NCBI GenBank assembly: GCA_965206745.1
Contig: OZ242220.1
Span: 1,376,001 to 1,440,000, forward strand
Direction of reading: 5' to 3'
From: Nitrosopumilus sp.
GTDB lineage: Archaea > Thermoproteota > Nitrososphaeria > Nitrososphaerales > Nitrosopumilaceae
Length of the DNA stretch: 64,000 nt
Position numbers and translations under genes: made by a program. The notes under the pieces are model-generated. The model searched no databases. It saw only the letters and a program-made list of their open reading frames with translations, and was not told where the DNA came from. Below are positions 30,009 through 39,801 of the stretch, piece by piece. Within the stretch, counting starts at the first letter, position 1, and every line of letters starts with the position of its first letter.

Positions 30009-31022
30009 TTATTTTCTAGACTTGATAATTTTGTTAACTTTAAATCCAATCAAGGCAGGTGCTGCAATGTACATTCCCAAATTCAAGGCAATCACAGATA
30101 TTCCCAGTCCCAGGACTTCGGCCTCTGAGCCCTGATCAGCTAGTGACATTATAGATAACGTCGAAAGCATTGGAGTGATCACAAGCTTTACTGCCTCTTT
30201 GAACATTGGGTTCTCTCTCTCCCAATCCGAAACAGTTGGTGCAAATGAATAGTACAGTGTGTTAAATCCGCTCATGAATGCAGTGCCAGAAGATGTACTA
30301 AACAGCGTATTATCTCTGATCTCTCTGAGCAGCTGAACCTGTGGTGCAAGTTCGGTTCCATATGTTGCAGTTGCAATTAGACATCCAGTCTTCTTTTCCT
30401 CGTCTTTAATTGGTACGCACACACCATCTACTCTCTCAGTTCCTGGACCACATTGTAATGGTTTTGGTTCTGCAGGTGGAGCTGGTGGGGGTGGAGGTGG
30501 TGGTGGGGGAGCTACTACTGGGGGTGGAGCTACTACTGGGGGTGGAGCTACTACTGGGGGTGGAGCTACTACTGGAGGTTCTTCTACTGGAGGGGAGTCA
30601 GAACCTGGTGGTTCTCCTCCAACATAATTAACCAAAGCTGTGTTACTATTTGCGCCATATTTTGCTTCAATGGTGTAATCCCCATTTAATTTCCAATTTG
30701 GGCCACCGGCTCTAAAATTAAATTCAAAGGAGCCATCCTCAAGTGGAGTTTCTTGGCCGATGTTAGTATACGATGTTTCATCTGGAGTTGTCACCAGCCA
30801 AGTTATATCACCAGCAGTTAATGCCTTTGAATCATAATCCTTTATGGATCCAGTGACTGTAACAATGCCGCCATTTGAAATGATATCCACATCAGTTGAC
30901 AAAGTCAGAGGGGCAATATTGTGAGTGTCTGCAAAGGCAGAACCATTCACACCATAAGATAAGATTGAGACGGACAATAAAGCAAATGCCAAGAATCCAG
31001 TTAGCCTCATTTTCAATTTCAT
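30009..31022 (-). CDS. Secreted protein with a proline-rich linker and CFI-box-like C-terminal domain
   Basis: Signal peptide, Ig-like domain, (PPVVAP)4 plus polyPro linker, GCLIATATYGTELAPQVQLLREIRD domain and C-terminal TM. Confidence 0.85.
   Translation of the reverse strand: MKLKMRLTGFLAFALLSVSILSYGVNGSAFADTHNIAPLTLSTDVDIISNGGIVTVTGSIKDYDSKALTAGDITWLVTTPDETSYTNIGQETPLEDGSFEFNFRAGGPNWKLNGDYTIEAKYGANSNTALVNYVGGEPPGSDSPPVEEPPVVAPPPVVAPPPVVAPPPVVAPPPPPPPPPAPPAEPKPLQCGPGTERVDGVCVPIKDEEKKTGCLIATATYGTELAPQVQLLREIRDNTLFSTSSGTAFMSGFNTLYYSFAPTVSDWERENPMFKEAVKLVITPMLSTLSIMSLADQGSEAEVLGLGISVIALNLGMYIAAPALIGFKVNKIIKSRK
30508..30579. repeat. 4 x 18-bp in-frame tandem repeat (GGAGCTACTACTGGGGGT)
   Basis: Three exact copies plus one with a single change. 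Encodes PPVVAP. Confidence 0.92.
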
Positions 31023-31071
31023 TCATTGAACCGAGGTATTTATATTTTCAACGAAAGAAAAATTGACCAGA

Positions 31072-34000
31072 TTATATTCTTATGATGCCTTTATTGAGCA
31101 AATATTGAATCAATTTGACAAAGTCTTCATCAGATATTTGATCACTTGTCCACCATTTGGCACTGATTTTAATCCAAATTGGGATTTCTTGATCGGGGAC
31201 GGGTATTGGGGTAGGTGGAACTGCCACCAGTCCTTCTTCAATCAAAGATTCAAGCACATCTATAAACTCATTATCAGGTATGGCAGCAAAAGACCACAAC
31301 TTTGCACTGTTTTTGACCCAATCAGGAATGAGCAGACCAGACACCACAAATGAGACAGTCTCAACATGAGAGTTGTAATAGGACAAGTCAATATGGTATT
31401 CCCCAGGTAAGGAATCCTCATGGATTGAGATCACAGCCCTATAGCTTCCAGAACTAGATAATACGGCTCCAAAATTTTGCATATCCCCATCAGGGGTCCT
31501 AATAGTTACATCCAATGGAATTCCCCTCCTATGATTGTCTATATTTCCAGAAAGAACAACTTCCCTGACATCTCCTGAAAGTGGCTTTACAACATCATAT
31601 GCGCTGAGTTGCGGGGGGCTGGAATATGACGTGGATTTGTCTTTCAATAAACGAGAAATGCCGGGATTGCCAAGGTCATCTCTGGCATCAAAATATTTTG
31701 CGTCAAGACTGCCTCCTGCAGAAGAGATTAATGCGGTTCCCGAAGAGTTGCATATTTTTGAAGGCATTTTAAACGAGCCCTCAAAAATTCCCGTACTAGG
31801 CCCGGTTTCGGCAAGAGTAAAACCGCTGGCACCTAAACCGCCATGCTCTATCCCGTTGACGGTGCAGCGTTTGTAACGGATATCCTTGATCAAAACTTCA
31901 AGCAAGATAGAGCCGTCTTTTCCAACCGTATCCACATGGGGGGAACTCGGATTATTAATTACAGAATAGACATCAATCAGATCATTTTTCAAATTGAGAT
32001 CAGGATCATGGAGTTTCAAAGTAACAGGCTGGCCAAATCGATAAGACTGCGAATCAGAAGATACGACGCCGGAGGTCGTGCTAATGTCAGACTTTGTAGA
32101 TACAGGTCTAAAGGCCCCAGTAGCGTCAAGATCAGAGTAGGAAACGGAGATGCCCTCATCGGCAACGAGTCTGCCAGTGACAATGAATCGAACTTGATCA
32201 TCTATCGCGTGTATCGTTTGGATAAATGCAGGATCCAAAATGTTTAGTTGGTTTGCAACAGAGTATTCCAGAGTTCCAGCAAACGTAGATGAGTCATCAG
32301 ATGTCTCTTCTAATTCAAAGCGGTAAATAGCGTTATTGACATCATCAGAGTTTACGAGTCCGAATGAAAAGAAATCAACCATGATTGGTTGTGAGTTGAT
32401 CCCATTGAGAATGGTTCCAACATCAGTGCTATCATTTGAAGAGTCAAAATTGATCACAAGGTAGACAGTTCCACTTTTGCCAAAGATGGATTGCGCATCA
32501 GAGTCATCTAACTGGACAAGACCCTGAGGTGCCGATAAATCTCCAGAATCAACAATTGTTACAGGCAGACTGCCAGGAGAGCCAAAAGACAGCTCGATGC
32601 TAGTATCAGAAAAGTCAGATATTCCAAAATCATTTGTAAAGGATCTCAGATCATAGTTGAGCCAATTGGTGCCATAGTGATTTGAAATGGACGTGTCAAT
32701 CATCGCAGACTGCAACTCCAAGGCAGAGATGCCCAGATTCAGGGAGATCTTTTCAAAATTGCCATCAGCAAGAACAGGGGCATCAATGAATAACCTTGCA
32801 GAGTTTCTGTCAGGAACAGACGAGTCAGCAGAATGGCCAGCATTTGGCGCATCAGTAGAGGAGGTAAAGAAATCAACGTCAAATGCATCTTCAAGTGTAA
32901 TTGGTGCGCCAATCCTCAGTGTTGGGATAATGGCAGTATCCCTGAACACGTCCAGATCATCTTGGGATTCAGAATTGATATTCTGATCAGGATCAGCTAG
33001 GACTATGGGAAATTTTGTGCCAGGTTTTAATGAATTAGAGCCATCACCGATAGTAAGGGTCGGATCATTTAATGACACAGTGGCAGATGAGGAGCCGGTG
33101 AGGACCGAGATGGATCTGTCATTGTACGTTATTGACCCAGATTGGCCTCTTGGGGCATTTGAGAGGATTCCCAGTGTAGATTGATCCCGAAAGTCGGCAT
33201 TATCAAAGATGCCTGAGCTTGGGCCGTCCTCAACTAGCGTGATGATTTGGGAATATGTCACAGTTCCATCTGAAACACCGGTGTCAGGTTGTTCACCATT
33301 TGGCTGCAACTCAAGGATGGAACCGAGGTTCACAGAAAGTTCTCCATTGTCCTCAAATCCAATACTTGAAAGATGTGGAGCTAGATCTGCCAGGCCCGGT
33401 CCTCCATTTGCAGAGTCGGCCCCATTCTCATCATATGCCTGATAGAAAGTAGAGGGATCATCCCCCACAGCAAAAGTCCAAGAATCTCTATCAGTTGGGT
33501 CTTGGTTTAGTTGAAAATCATTTACGGTTAGAAATACCTCAGCATTGCTCGGATAGAGATCCCTATCAAGATTCAAAGAGATGTTTGGAATTTCATCATA
33601 TTCCAATGAGACCTGCTGTGACGGACCGGCAGGATTGTATCTGATTGTGACTGCACCAAATGAATAAAGCTGGATTAGTGGCCATGCATTAGGATCCAAT
33701 CCTATCTGGCCAGGCATGACATTTGGATTTGTGTTAATTGATTTTGGATTTCTAATGACATTGTTAAGGATTGGACCAGACGGCAGATCAGTGCAGGGGG
33801 CAAGTGAAGAATTGCCATCAGTGGAGCCGGGTGCATAACGAGGCAATGCAAACCCATCAGTTTCAGAAAAGGACACTCCAGTGACGGATCTTGGCGTGTC
33901 CCTGTCACAAAAAACACCAAAGTCCAGTCCTTTTCCAGCTAGGCCAACTGTGGAATCTGCATCCTTTGCGTTCTCAACGTTTGCAAAGTAGGCATACCAG

Positions 34001-34260
34001 TTGCCATCAGTTGCCTGAACCATTCGTAGTGAGTTGCCATTGAGTGTGACATCAGGTTCGCCTTTTCCACTACCGGTATCATGTAGATTAGCATCAATGA
34101 TTACCACCTCTACCACCATGGAACCAGAAAAATAGTTCTCAAATTGCGGGTTTTCAGCAGATACAAACAAGTTGGGATTGCCCAAAGCCTCAGCTTGGGT
34201 AGGAATCAGCAACACCAGAGATAGAGTTGCCAGTAAAATGAGAGAGTCCCTGCCAAGCAC
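31072..34260 (-). CDS. Large secreted S-layer-protein paralogue with C-terminal IPxWxK repeats
   Basis: Signal peptide. NLFVSAEN...GEPDVT.NG..LRMVQA.DGNWY matches my recollection of the Nitrosopumilus S-layer protein N-terminus. Repeated ETxxxS/TGxF motifs and two IPxW(V/I)K..AKxW repeats. Confidence 0.75.
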   Translation of the reverse strand: MLGRDSLILLATLSLVLLIPTQAEALGNPNLFVSAENPQFENYFSGSMVVEVVIIDANLHDTGSGKGEPDVTLNGNSLRMVQATDGNWYAYFANVENAKDADSTVGLAGKGLDFGVFCDRDTPRSVTGVSFSETDGFALPRYAPGSTDGNSSLAPCTDLPSGPILNNVIRNPKSINTNPNVMPGQIGLDPNAWPLIQLYSFGAVTIRYNPAGPSQQVSLEYDEIPNISLNLDRDLYPSNAEVFLTVNDFQLNQDPTDRDSWTFAVGDDPSTFYQAYDENGADSANGGPGLADLAPHLSSIGFEDNGELSVNLGSILELQPNGEQPDTGVSDGTVTYSQIITLVEDGPSSGIFDNADFRDQSTLGILSNAPRGQSGSITYNDRSISVLTGSSSATVSLNDPTLTIGDGSNSLKPGTKFPIVLADPDQNINSESQDDLDVFRDTAIIPTLRIGAPITLEDAFDVDFFTSSTDAPNAGHSADSSVPDRNSARLFIDAPVLADGNFEKISLNLGISALELQSAMIDTSISNHYGTNWLNYDLRSFTNDFGISDFSDTSIELSFGSPGSLPVTIVDSGDLSAPQGLVQLDDSDAQSIFGKSGTVYLVINFDSSNDSTDVGTILNGINSQPIMVDFFSFGLVNSDDVNNAIYRFELEETSDDSSTFAGTLEYSVANQLNILDPAFIQTIHAIDDQVRFIVTGRLVADEGISVSYSDLDATGAFRPVSTKSDISTTSGVVSSDSQSYRFGQPVTLKLHDPDLNLKNDLIDVYSVINNPSSPHVDTVGKDGSILLEVLIKDIRYKRCTVNGIEHGGLGASGFTLAETGPSTGIFEGSFKMPSKICNSSGTALISSAGGSLDAKYFDARDDLGNPGISRLLKDKSTSYSSPPQLSAYDVVKPLSGDVREVVLSGNIDNHRRGIPLDVTIRTPDGDMQNFGAVLSSSGSYRAVISIHEDSLPGEYHIDLSYYNSHVETVSFVVSGLLIPDWVKNSAKLWSFAAIPDNEFIDVLESLIEEGLVAVPPTPIPVPDQEIPIWIKISAKWWTSDQISDEDFVKLIQYLLNKGIIRI

Positions 34261-34349
34261 AGTCCTTGATATCGTTTTGTCACAAATAATGTTGTCGCAT
34301 TACTGCCCCTTAGAAAACGGTAATACGTGATTAAATCATTGGAAAAGGA

Positions 34350-35702
34350 ATGTTTGTTCAAAGAACCAGAGTCCTGCAGATTTCATTTTTGGCCATTTTT
34401 TCGGCATTTGTAGTAGAGTTGATCTTTGGACTAGTCTCAAACAGTCTAGCACTAATCACAGATAGCATCCATGCCTTGCTAGATAGCGTAGTTACCCTAG
34501 TTTTGCTTTTGGCAGCAAGATGGGCAATAAAGCCTCCAGATGCAGAGCACACGTACGGACATGGAAAGATTGAATCCCTAGGAGGACTAGTTGGCGGAAT
34601 AGCAATATTTCTGATTGCCTGTTTTTTCATTTACGAGTCAGTCAACAGGCTTCAAAGCCCCCCTCCAAGTTTGCCACCGGGAACAATTGCAATAGTCGGC
34701 GGACTGTACACGATCGGTATTGACTTTTTCAGGATTATTATTTTAAGAAGGGCCATCAGAAATATTGGCGGGGGCACCCTAAAAGCAGATTTTTATCACG
34801 CGTTTATGGATCTTGGTTCCACACTAGTTGCAATTGCAGGAGTCGCACTGGCATCATACGGCCTGTATTTTGCAGACTTTGTTGCAGCATTGATGCTAGG
34901 GGTGCTCTTAGCTGCACTAAGTGTAAAGCTGGTCTACAAAACAGCACTGGATTTGACTGATGTGATATCCCCGAAACTTGTAAAAGATGTCAGAGAGATC
35001 TCAATCTCAACAGAGGGGGTAGTTGACACAGGCGCAATACTAATGAGAAAGTCAGGGGATGTCATTTTTGCCGATGTCACCATATCATTGCGTGGGGATG
35101 TCAGTTTTGACAAGGCCCATGAAATTAGCGACAGTGTTGAGAGAAACATAAAGGATAAAATTCCAAATGCATCAACTACGATTCACTTTGAACCAAACTG
35201 GAAAGACGTTCCCTTGGCTTCAAAAATTTTGGAGATTGCCAAGAGTGTGGAGGGGGTCAGGGGGGTTCACAATGTCACCACGCATAAAACAAGGGGCAAG
35301 ACATACTCTAATTTGCACGTAATGGTAGACAGGGAGATCAACCTGTCATCTGCCCACAAGATCTCTGAAATAATCGAGCAGAAGATTCAAGGGCAGATTC
35401 CAGACATTGCGCATGCAACCATACACCTTGAACCGTTTGTAGCAGTTCCAGAAAATATCAACAAGGAGGATATTGAGACCGAAGAAAGGATCAAGGCAAT
35501 ATTAGAAAAATACCCAGACATCAAGAAGATCGGCCGAATATCATCTTTGAAATTCGAAAACATTCTAAAAATAGACATAGACTGCTCATTTGACAGGGAT
35601 CTGCCAATTGAGAAAGTTCATGACTTGACATCAGTGATTGAGCATGCCATTAGAGGGAAGATCAAAAACTCCATAATTACCATCCATCCAGAGCCAAACT
35701 AG
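34350..35702 (+). CDS. Cation diffusion facilitator (FieF-like) with three C-terminal dimerisation domains
   Basis: DSIHALLD, HTYGHGKIE and ADFYHAFMD motifs. Three repeats ending IHFEP, IHLEP and IHPEP. Confidence 0.92.
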   Translation: MFVQRTRVLQISFLAIFSAFVVELIFGLVSNSLALITDSIHALLDSVVTLVLLLAARWAIKPPDAEHTYGHGKIESLGGLVGGIAIFLIACFFIYESVNRLQSPPPSLPPGTIAIVGGLYTIGIDFFRIIILRRAIRNIGGGTLKADFYHAFMDLGSTLVAIAGVALASYGLYFADFVAALMLGVLLAALSVKLVYKTALDLTDVISPKLVKDVREISISTEGVVDTGAILMRKSGDVIFADVTISLRGDVSFDKAHEISDSVERNIKDKIPNASTTIHFEPNWKDVPLASKILEIAKSVEGVRGVHNVTTHKTRGKTYSNLHVMVDREINLSSAHKISEIIEQKIQGQIPDIAHATIHLEPFVAVPENINKEDIETEERIKAILEKYPDIKKIGRISSLKFENILKIDIDCSFDRDLPIEKVHDLTSVIEHAIRGKIKNSIITIHPEPN

Positions 35703-36877
35703 ACCAGTATGCTAGTCAGGTACATCACCAGCATGCCTACAGAAAATCCTGAAACTACCGCAAGGCCAGACAGTTTCTGATCACTTTGATCTTGTATCCA
35801 CTTTAGAATAACAAATATCACCTGAAAGATGGCACCTGCGCCAACTGCCAAAAAGATCACCGATGTGAATGGGGAATAAACAAAGCCGCCAATCCATGCC
35901 CCAAAGATAGCAGGGCTTCCGGCAATCATTCCCATGGCGGCTAATTTTCCCAACATCAGTTTGCCTCTTGACATGGGGGCGGCAATGGCCAATCCCTCAG
36001 TCGTGTTATGCAGTGCAAAGCCAACAATCAGAAAAGTACTGAATGCTATCGAACCCATCCCAACAGCGGCACCGATTGCCAGCCCTTCACCAAAATTATG
36101 CAGTCCAATGCCAATGGAGATCATCAGTGCCATAGCCACAGGTTTTGTGAGTTTTGAAGAGCCTGCCTTGCTGGTGAGTTTGTTTCCTGCATAGTATAAT
36201 CCAAGAAAGGATAGCACCGTCACGGTGGCTACAAGCAGTGTCCCATTGAAGCTATCTGCCAGACTCTCATCGGACACCGCGATGGCCTCCTCAATGGAAT
36301 CAATTGCCAAGAAAAGCAGCAATCCGGCAGTCAGTGCTAGAAAGAAATGGTATTTTTGCCTGCTAATTTTTTTAATAAATGGAAGCCATAGCAGGCCAAT
36401 CATTACAGGTATCACTCCAACATACATTCCAATTATCGCAAAAAATATTGCAAGATCCAAAGACAGTTCCAACGCGGGGGCCGCTGCCTTGATCTCCTTT
36501 GCAAATCTTGTTCCGTCTTCAAGGGTGATTCCAATGGTGTACGGTTCTGCCTCATTCCATTCAAAGGGAATTCTGACGAGGGTCGTTTCAAATCGTTCTA
36601 AAAATTTATCAGGCTCAACTGCGGCAGGTTGAATCCTATCATTTACATCTGCCATCACCACCTCTACTGGGATAGGGCCAGTGTTTCTTACAGTAGCCTG
36701 TATTTCAGAATCGACAAAATCAACCTTTTCGATTGTTACTTCTGGAAGAAGGACCCCAAAATCCAGCAGATCGGCACCCGGACCAAAGATGTAGGCCATC
36801 ATCAGTATGACAAAGACAAACGGGATGATGCCGCTTGCAATGACTCTTCCCTTTGAAGAGTTACCATCAAGTGTCAT
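35699..36877 (-). CDS. ZIP-family metal transporter with an N-terminal extracytoplasmic domain
   Basis: IGLHNFGEGLAIG and LHNTTEG ZIP signatures. Confidence 0.9.
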   Translation of the reverse strand: MTLDGNSSKGRVIASGIIPFVFVILMMAYIFGPGADLLDFGVLLPEVTIEKVDFVDSEIQATVRNTGPIPVEVVMADVNDRIQPAAVEPDKFLERFETTLVRIPFEWNEAEPYTIGITLEDGTRFAKEIKAAAPALELSLDLAIFFAIIGMYVGVIPVMIGLLWLPFIKKISRQKYHFFLALTAGLLLFLAIDSIEEAIAVSDESLADSFNGTLLVATVTVLSFLGLYYAGNKLTSKAGSSKLTKPVAMALMISIGIGLHNFGEGLAIGAAVGMGSIAFSTFLIVGFALHNTTEGLAIAAPMSRGKLMLGKLAAMGMIAGSPAIFGAWIGGFVYSPFTSVIFLAVGAGAIFQVIFVILKWIQDQSDQKLSGLAVVSGFSVGMLVMYLTSILV

Positions 36878-37913
36878 AATCTGGTTCCAGAACTTGCTGA
36901 TTTGAGTCACTTACAAGGAAGATTCCAACCCATCCTTTTTCTGAGAATTCTACTTTGTGGGCATGGAAGAGGTATTTTCCCGGAAAGTCGTATTGAAACT
37001 CCATTATTCCACGCTCAGTCTGGGATAAGGTAATCATATCGGTGTAAAACGACGGTACAAGGTCTGTTCCGGTGGGATAGTATTTGTACAGATTTCCATG
37101 AAGGTGGAAATTGTTTATCGGATCAAACTCTACCATATTGACAACATAAACTCGAATTAGTTGATCGGTGCTGATTTGGATTGGATGGTGCTGATAGTAA
37201 AACGGGATAGTGTTTGCAGCATAAAAGTTATTTTCAGTATCAAAATCAGTATCCAGTCCATTTAGCACCATCACCATTTCGTCAGCTGGTGTACGTTCGT
37301 CTTTTGGATCTACTATGAAGACCCCATAAAGGCCATGAACGATATGCTCCTCAAGAGGCATCACATGGCAGTGATATGGATGTACCCCCACAGGTCCGGC
37401 TTCAAATTCATATACGAATCTGCCACCACCGCCCCCGACTGGTTCAAAGACCCCATCCATTTCAGCCGGATGAATTCCGTGAAAATGTATCGTGTGCTCT
37501 TTGGAGCCATTGTTTATGAAATTGATTCGGAGCAGATCCCCTTCAGTCGCCCTAATGGTAGGACCGGGAACAGTTCCGTTAAAGGTCCACACGTTGTAAA
37601 ATACACCAGGGGAGACCTCCATGATTTGATCATCGTTGGCAATTATCGTAAACTCTCGAAGTGTCGTACCATCAGGTAACTCAGAGACATGCCCATAGTT
37701 GAAATCCCTTAAGAATTCCATCGGATCAAAGTCTACCGTTGAGACAGCATACAGAGGATCTATGATTTCGCCAGTTGTTTGCACTATGGCCCCCGAGTGG
37801 GTTACAAAGGTTTTAGGCTCTGATTGGGCATCAGAGAAGGTTGGAAAGAGTGCAATTATGGAGAATCCAATCACAACAGATAGCAGTAAGATCATGATAG
37901 CTGAACGGTGCAT
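36867..37913 (-). CDS. Two-domain multicopper oxidase
   Basis: HTIHFH and YHCH...H...L in domain 1. FHLH and FHAH (no Cys) in domain 2. N-terminal signal/TM. Confidence 0.9.
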   Translation of the reverse strand: MHRSAIMILLLSVVIGFSIIALFPTFSDAQSEPKTFVTHSGAIVQTTGEIIDPLYAVSTVDFDPMEFLRDFNYGHVSELPDGTTLREFTIIANDDQIMEVSPGVFYNVWTFNGTVPGPTIRATEGDLLRINFINNGSKEHTIHFHGIHPAEMDGVFEPVGGGGGRFVYEFEAGPVGVHPYHCHVMPLEEHIVHGLYGVFIVDPKDERTPADEMVMVLNGLDTDFDTENNFYAANTIPFYYQHHPIQISTDQLIRVYVVNMVEFDPINNFHLHGNLYKYYPTGTDLVPSFYTDMITLSQTERGIMEFQYDFPGKYLFHAHKVEFSEKGWVGIFLVSDSNQQVLEPDYDT

Positions 37914-37952
37914 TGCCAAGATATCAAAAAATGGCAAATTCTTTATTTAAAT

Positions 37953-38034
37953 TTACCCTAAGCTAACTTTTTTAGCCCAGTCTAACTTTTTTGTACAAGG
38001 ATCAGATGGCTACGAAAAATTAGGTTTAAACTAA
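37953..38034. promoter_or_regulatory. Putative DtxR/MntR-family operator boxes (TTAS-N6/7-CTAA x3)
   Basis: TTACCCTAAGCTAA 37953-37966, TTAGCCCAGTCTAA 37972-37985 and TTAGGTTTAAACTAA 38020-38034, next to or overlapping TATA boxes. Confidence 0.5.
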
Positions 38035-38053
38035 AGACAATCAGCATAAATCT

Positions 38054-38557
38054 GTGCAAAAAACAGGATTGGTTATTGTGATTTTTGGTTTACTAATAGT
38101 TGCAGGATTGGCAATGACTGTAGTTGAAAATCAAGTGACACTGAGCGGAATTAGTCAGGGTAACGGAAAAGTCAGCTTGGTTGAAACTGTAACCATCTCA
38201 GTGGACATAGACAAGGAAGAGACACCAGTCGGAATTTTTGCAGTCCAAGTGATGGAATTCCAAGAGGATGTCATCTCCGCAAAGATATTGGATCCCATGG
38301 ACCATGAGATCATTTCTCAAAAAGTAGACGAGGAGACCATTGAAAGGGAATTTGACGTGCATGAGTCTGGAACTTGGCACTTGATCATTGAAAGTTCTAC
38401 AGACGATGAAATTTACGTGACAGGTGCAATCGGATCACTTCCCGATGAAAATCAAAAATTCATTCTCTCCACAGTCTCCTTTGCCATTCTCATCATAGGA
38501 ATGATAGGCCTGGCCGCTACTGGAATAAACGGAATCAGAAACAGAAGAGTCAGTTAA
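38054..38557 (+). CDS. Hypothetical membrane protein
   Basis: N- and C-terminal hydrophobic helices around an acidic beta-rich domain. Confidence 0.75.
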   Translation: MQKTGLVIVIFGLLIVAGLAMTVVENQVTLSGISQGNGKVSLVETVTISVDIDKEETPVGIFAVQVMEFQEDVISAKILDPMDHEIISQKVDEETIEREFDVHESGTWHLIIESSTDDEIYVTGAIGSLPDENQKFILSTVSFAILIIGMIGLAATGINGIRNRRVS

Positions 38558-38861
38558 GATAGCTGTCCATTTTTTCCAAACCGCTAATAGTGGCATCAAA
38601 GTTATCCCCGTCCTCCATAATACTTGAAAGCCTGTCAGAATTTGCAGCAAGCAGGCATCTTCCGTCGGCATCAGTCTTGGAGATAAATTCGTGTTCAATC
38701 AGATAAGATAACCTTTGGAGAACCTCAGATTCCGGTATGGATGATTGTTGGGCCAAAAACGAGCATTCTTTCTCCCCATCCTCAAGCTCGGCCAAAATAG
38801 ACGAGGTGGTAGGATCAAACATGCAGTCTATGACTTTTTCCCGATCAAAGGTCTCACCCAT
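38550..38861 (-). CDS. Winged-helix (ArsR-like) protein
   Basis: DPTTSSILAEL...EVLQRLSYLIEHEFI pattern. Confidence 0.7.
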   Translation of the reverse strand: MGETFDREKVIDCMFDPTTSSILAELEDGEKECSFLAQQSSIPESEVLQRLSYLIEHEFISKTDADGRCLLAANSDRLSSIMEDGDNFDATISGLEKMDSYLN

Positions 38862-38944
38862 GATATAACGCTAGATTTTCAAAGTTATAACTTTTTGAAA
38901 TATTATTCCAATAGAATAATTAAGAAAAAGATCTCAAGCAAGGC

Positions 38945-39097
38945 GTGCAAAAACTCTGTAGCAAGGATCCATCTGGGAGGGGAACCCACTGTTTTTGCAT
39001 AGATGTTGACGCCCAACGAGGCATCAAAAAATGCTGTAAATGTAATCAGTGGAATGTACAAGGTAATGACTGGACAAGCGATGAGGATTTCAGATAG
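38945..39097 (+). CDS. Putative 50-aa Cys-rich small protein
   Basis: GTG...TAG ORF MQKLCSKDPSGRGTHCFCIDVDAQRGIKKCCKCNQWNVQGNDWTSDEDFR, with TAATTAA about 28 nt upstream. Confidence 0.6.
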   Translation: MQKLCSKDPSGRGTHCFCIDVDAQRGIKKCCKCNQWNVQGNDWTSDEDFR

Positions 39098-39219
39098 TTT
39101 GGATCAAGAAATAAAGTCACAGGCATGATCGCAAAGCATCAATTGTAGGATATCTCAAAGATCAGCCAATTTGGTGCCTAGCATGGTTTTTATCGGGGAT
39201 TCTTCGAATTTTTGAATAC

Positions 39220-39792
39220 TTGAGCGCACAAGAATACAGACACATTGTCAGAATCGTGGGAAACGATATCCGTGGGGAGAAGAAGACAGTCATAGGATTG
39301 ACCCAGATCAAGGGCCTGGGCTATAATTTTGCAACGGCAATTATGGATACCATTAAAATTAATCCAAATTCCAACATTGGCAATCTTACAGAGGAGAACG
39401 TTAAAGCAATCGAGAAATTAATTACAGATCCCATCGCAGGTAGTTTTCCAACATGGTTTCTCAACAGAAGAAAAGATATTGAAACAGGGGCAGATTTACA
39501 TTTGTTAACATCAGATATTCCATTTACATTAAGAAATGACATTGAAAGAGAAAGGATTGCTGCAAGTTGGAGAGGCTATCGCCATCTAAGCGGTCTTAAA
39601 GTCAGAGGGCAAAGAACCAGAACCTCAGGTAGAAAAGGCGGAGCAGTCGGTGTCGCTAAAGGTGGATTGGCAGCTCCAGTTAAGAAAGGTGGAGCAGGGG
39701 CACCAGCCGCAGCTACAGCAGATGCAGAGGGAGCACCAGCAGAGGCAGCTCCGGCAGCAGAGACACCAGCTGTTGCGGAGAAGAAAGCATAG
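39220..39792 (+). CDS. rps13: 30S ribosomal protein S13 with an Ala/Glu-rich tail
   Basis: [19 protein letters not shown] motif. Confidence 0.97.
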   Translation: MSAQEYRHIVRIVGNDIRGEKKTVIGLTQIKGLGYNFATAIMDTIKINPNSNIGNLTEENVKAIEKLITDPIAGSFPTWFLNRRKDIETGADLHLLTSDIPFTLRNDIERERIAASWRGYRHLSGLKVRGQRTRTSGRKGGAVGVAKGGLAAPVKKGGAGAPAAATADAEGAPAEAAPAAETPAVAEKKA

Positions 39793-39801
39793 GTGTTTTG
39801 A

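Noticed and set aside
36867-37913. Nitrite reductase nirK
   Set aside because: HxH pairs in both domains fit a trinuclear-site two-domain oxidase, and coupling to a ZIP transporter argues for metal handling.
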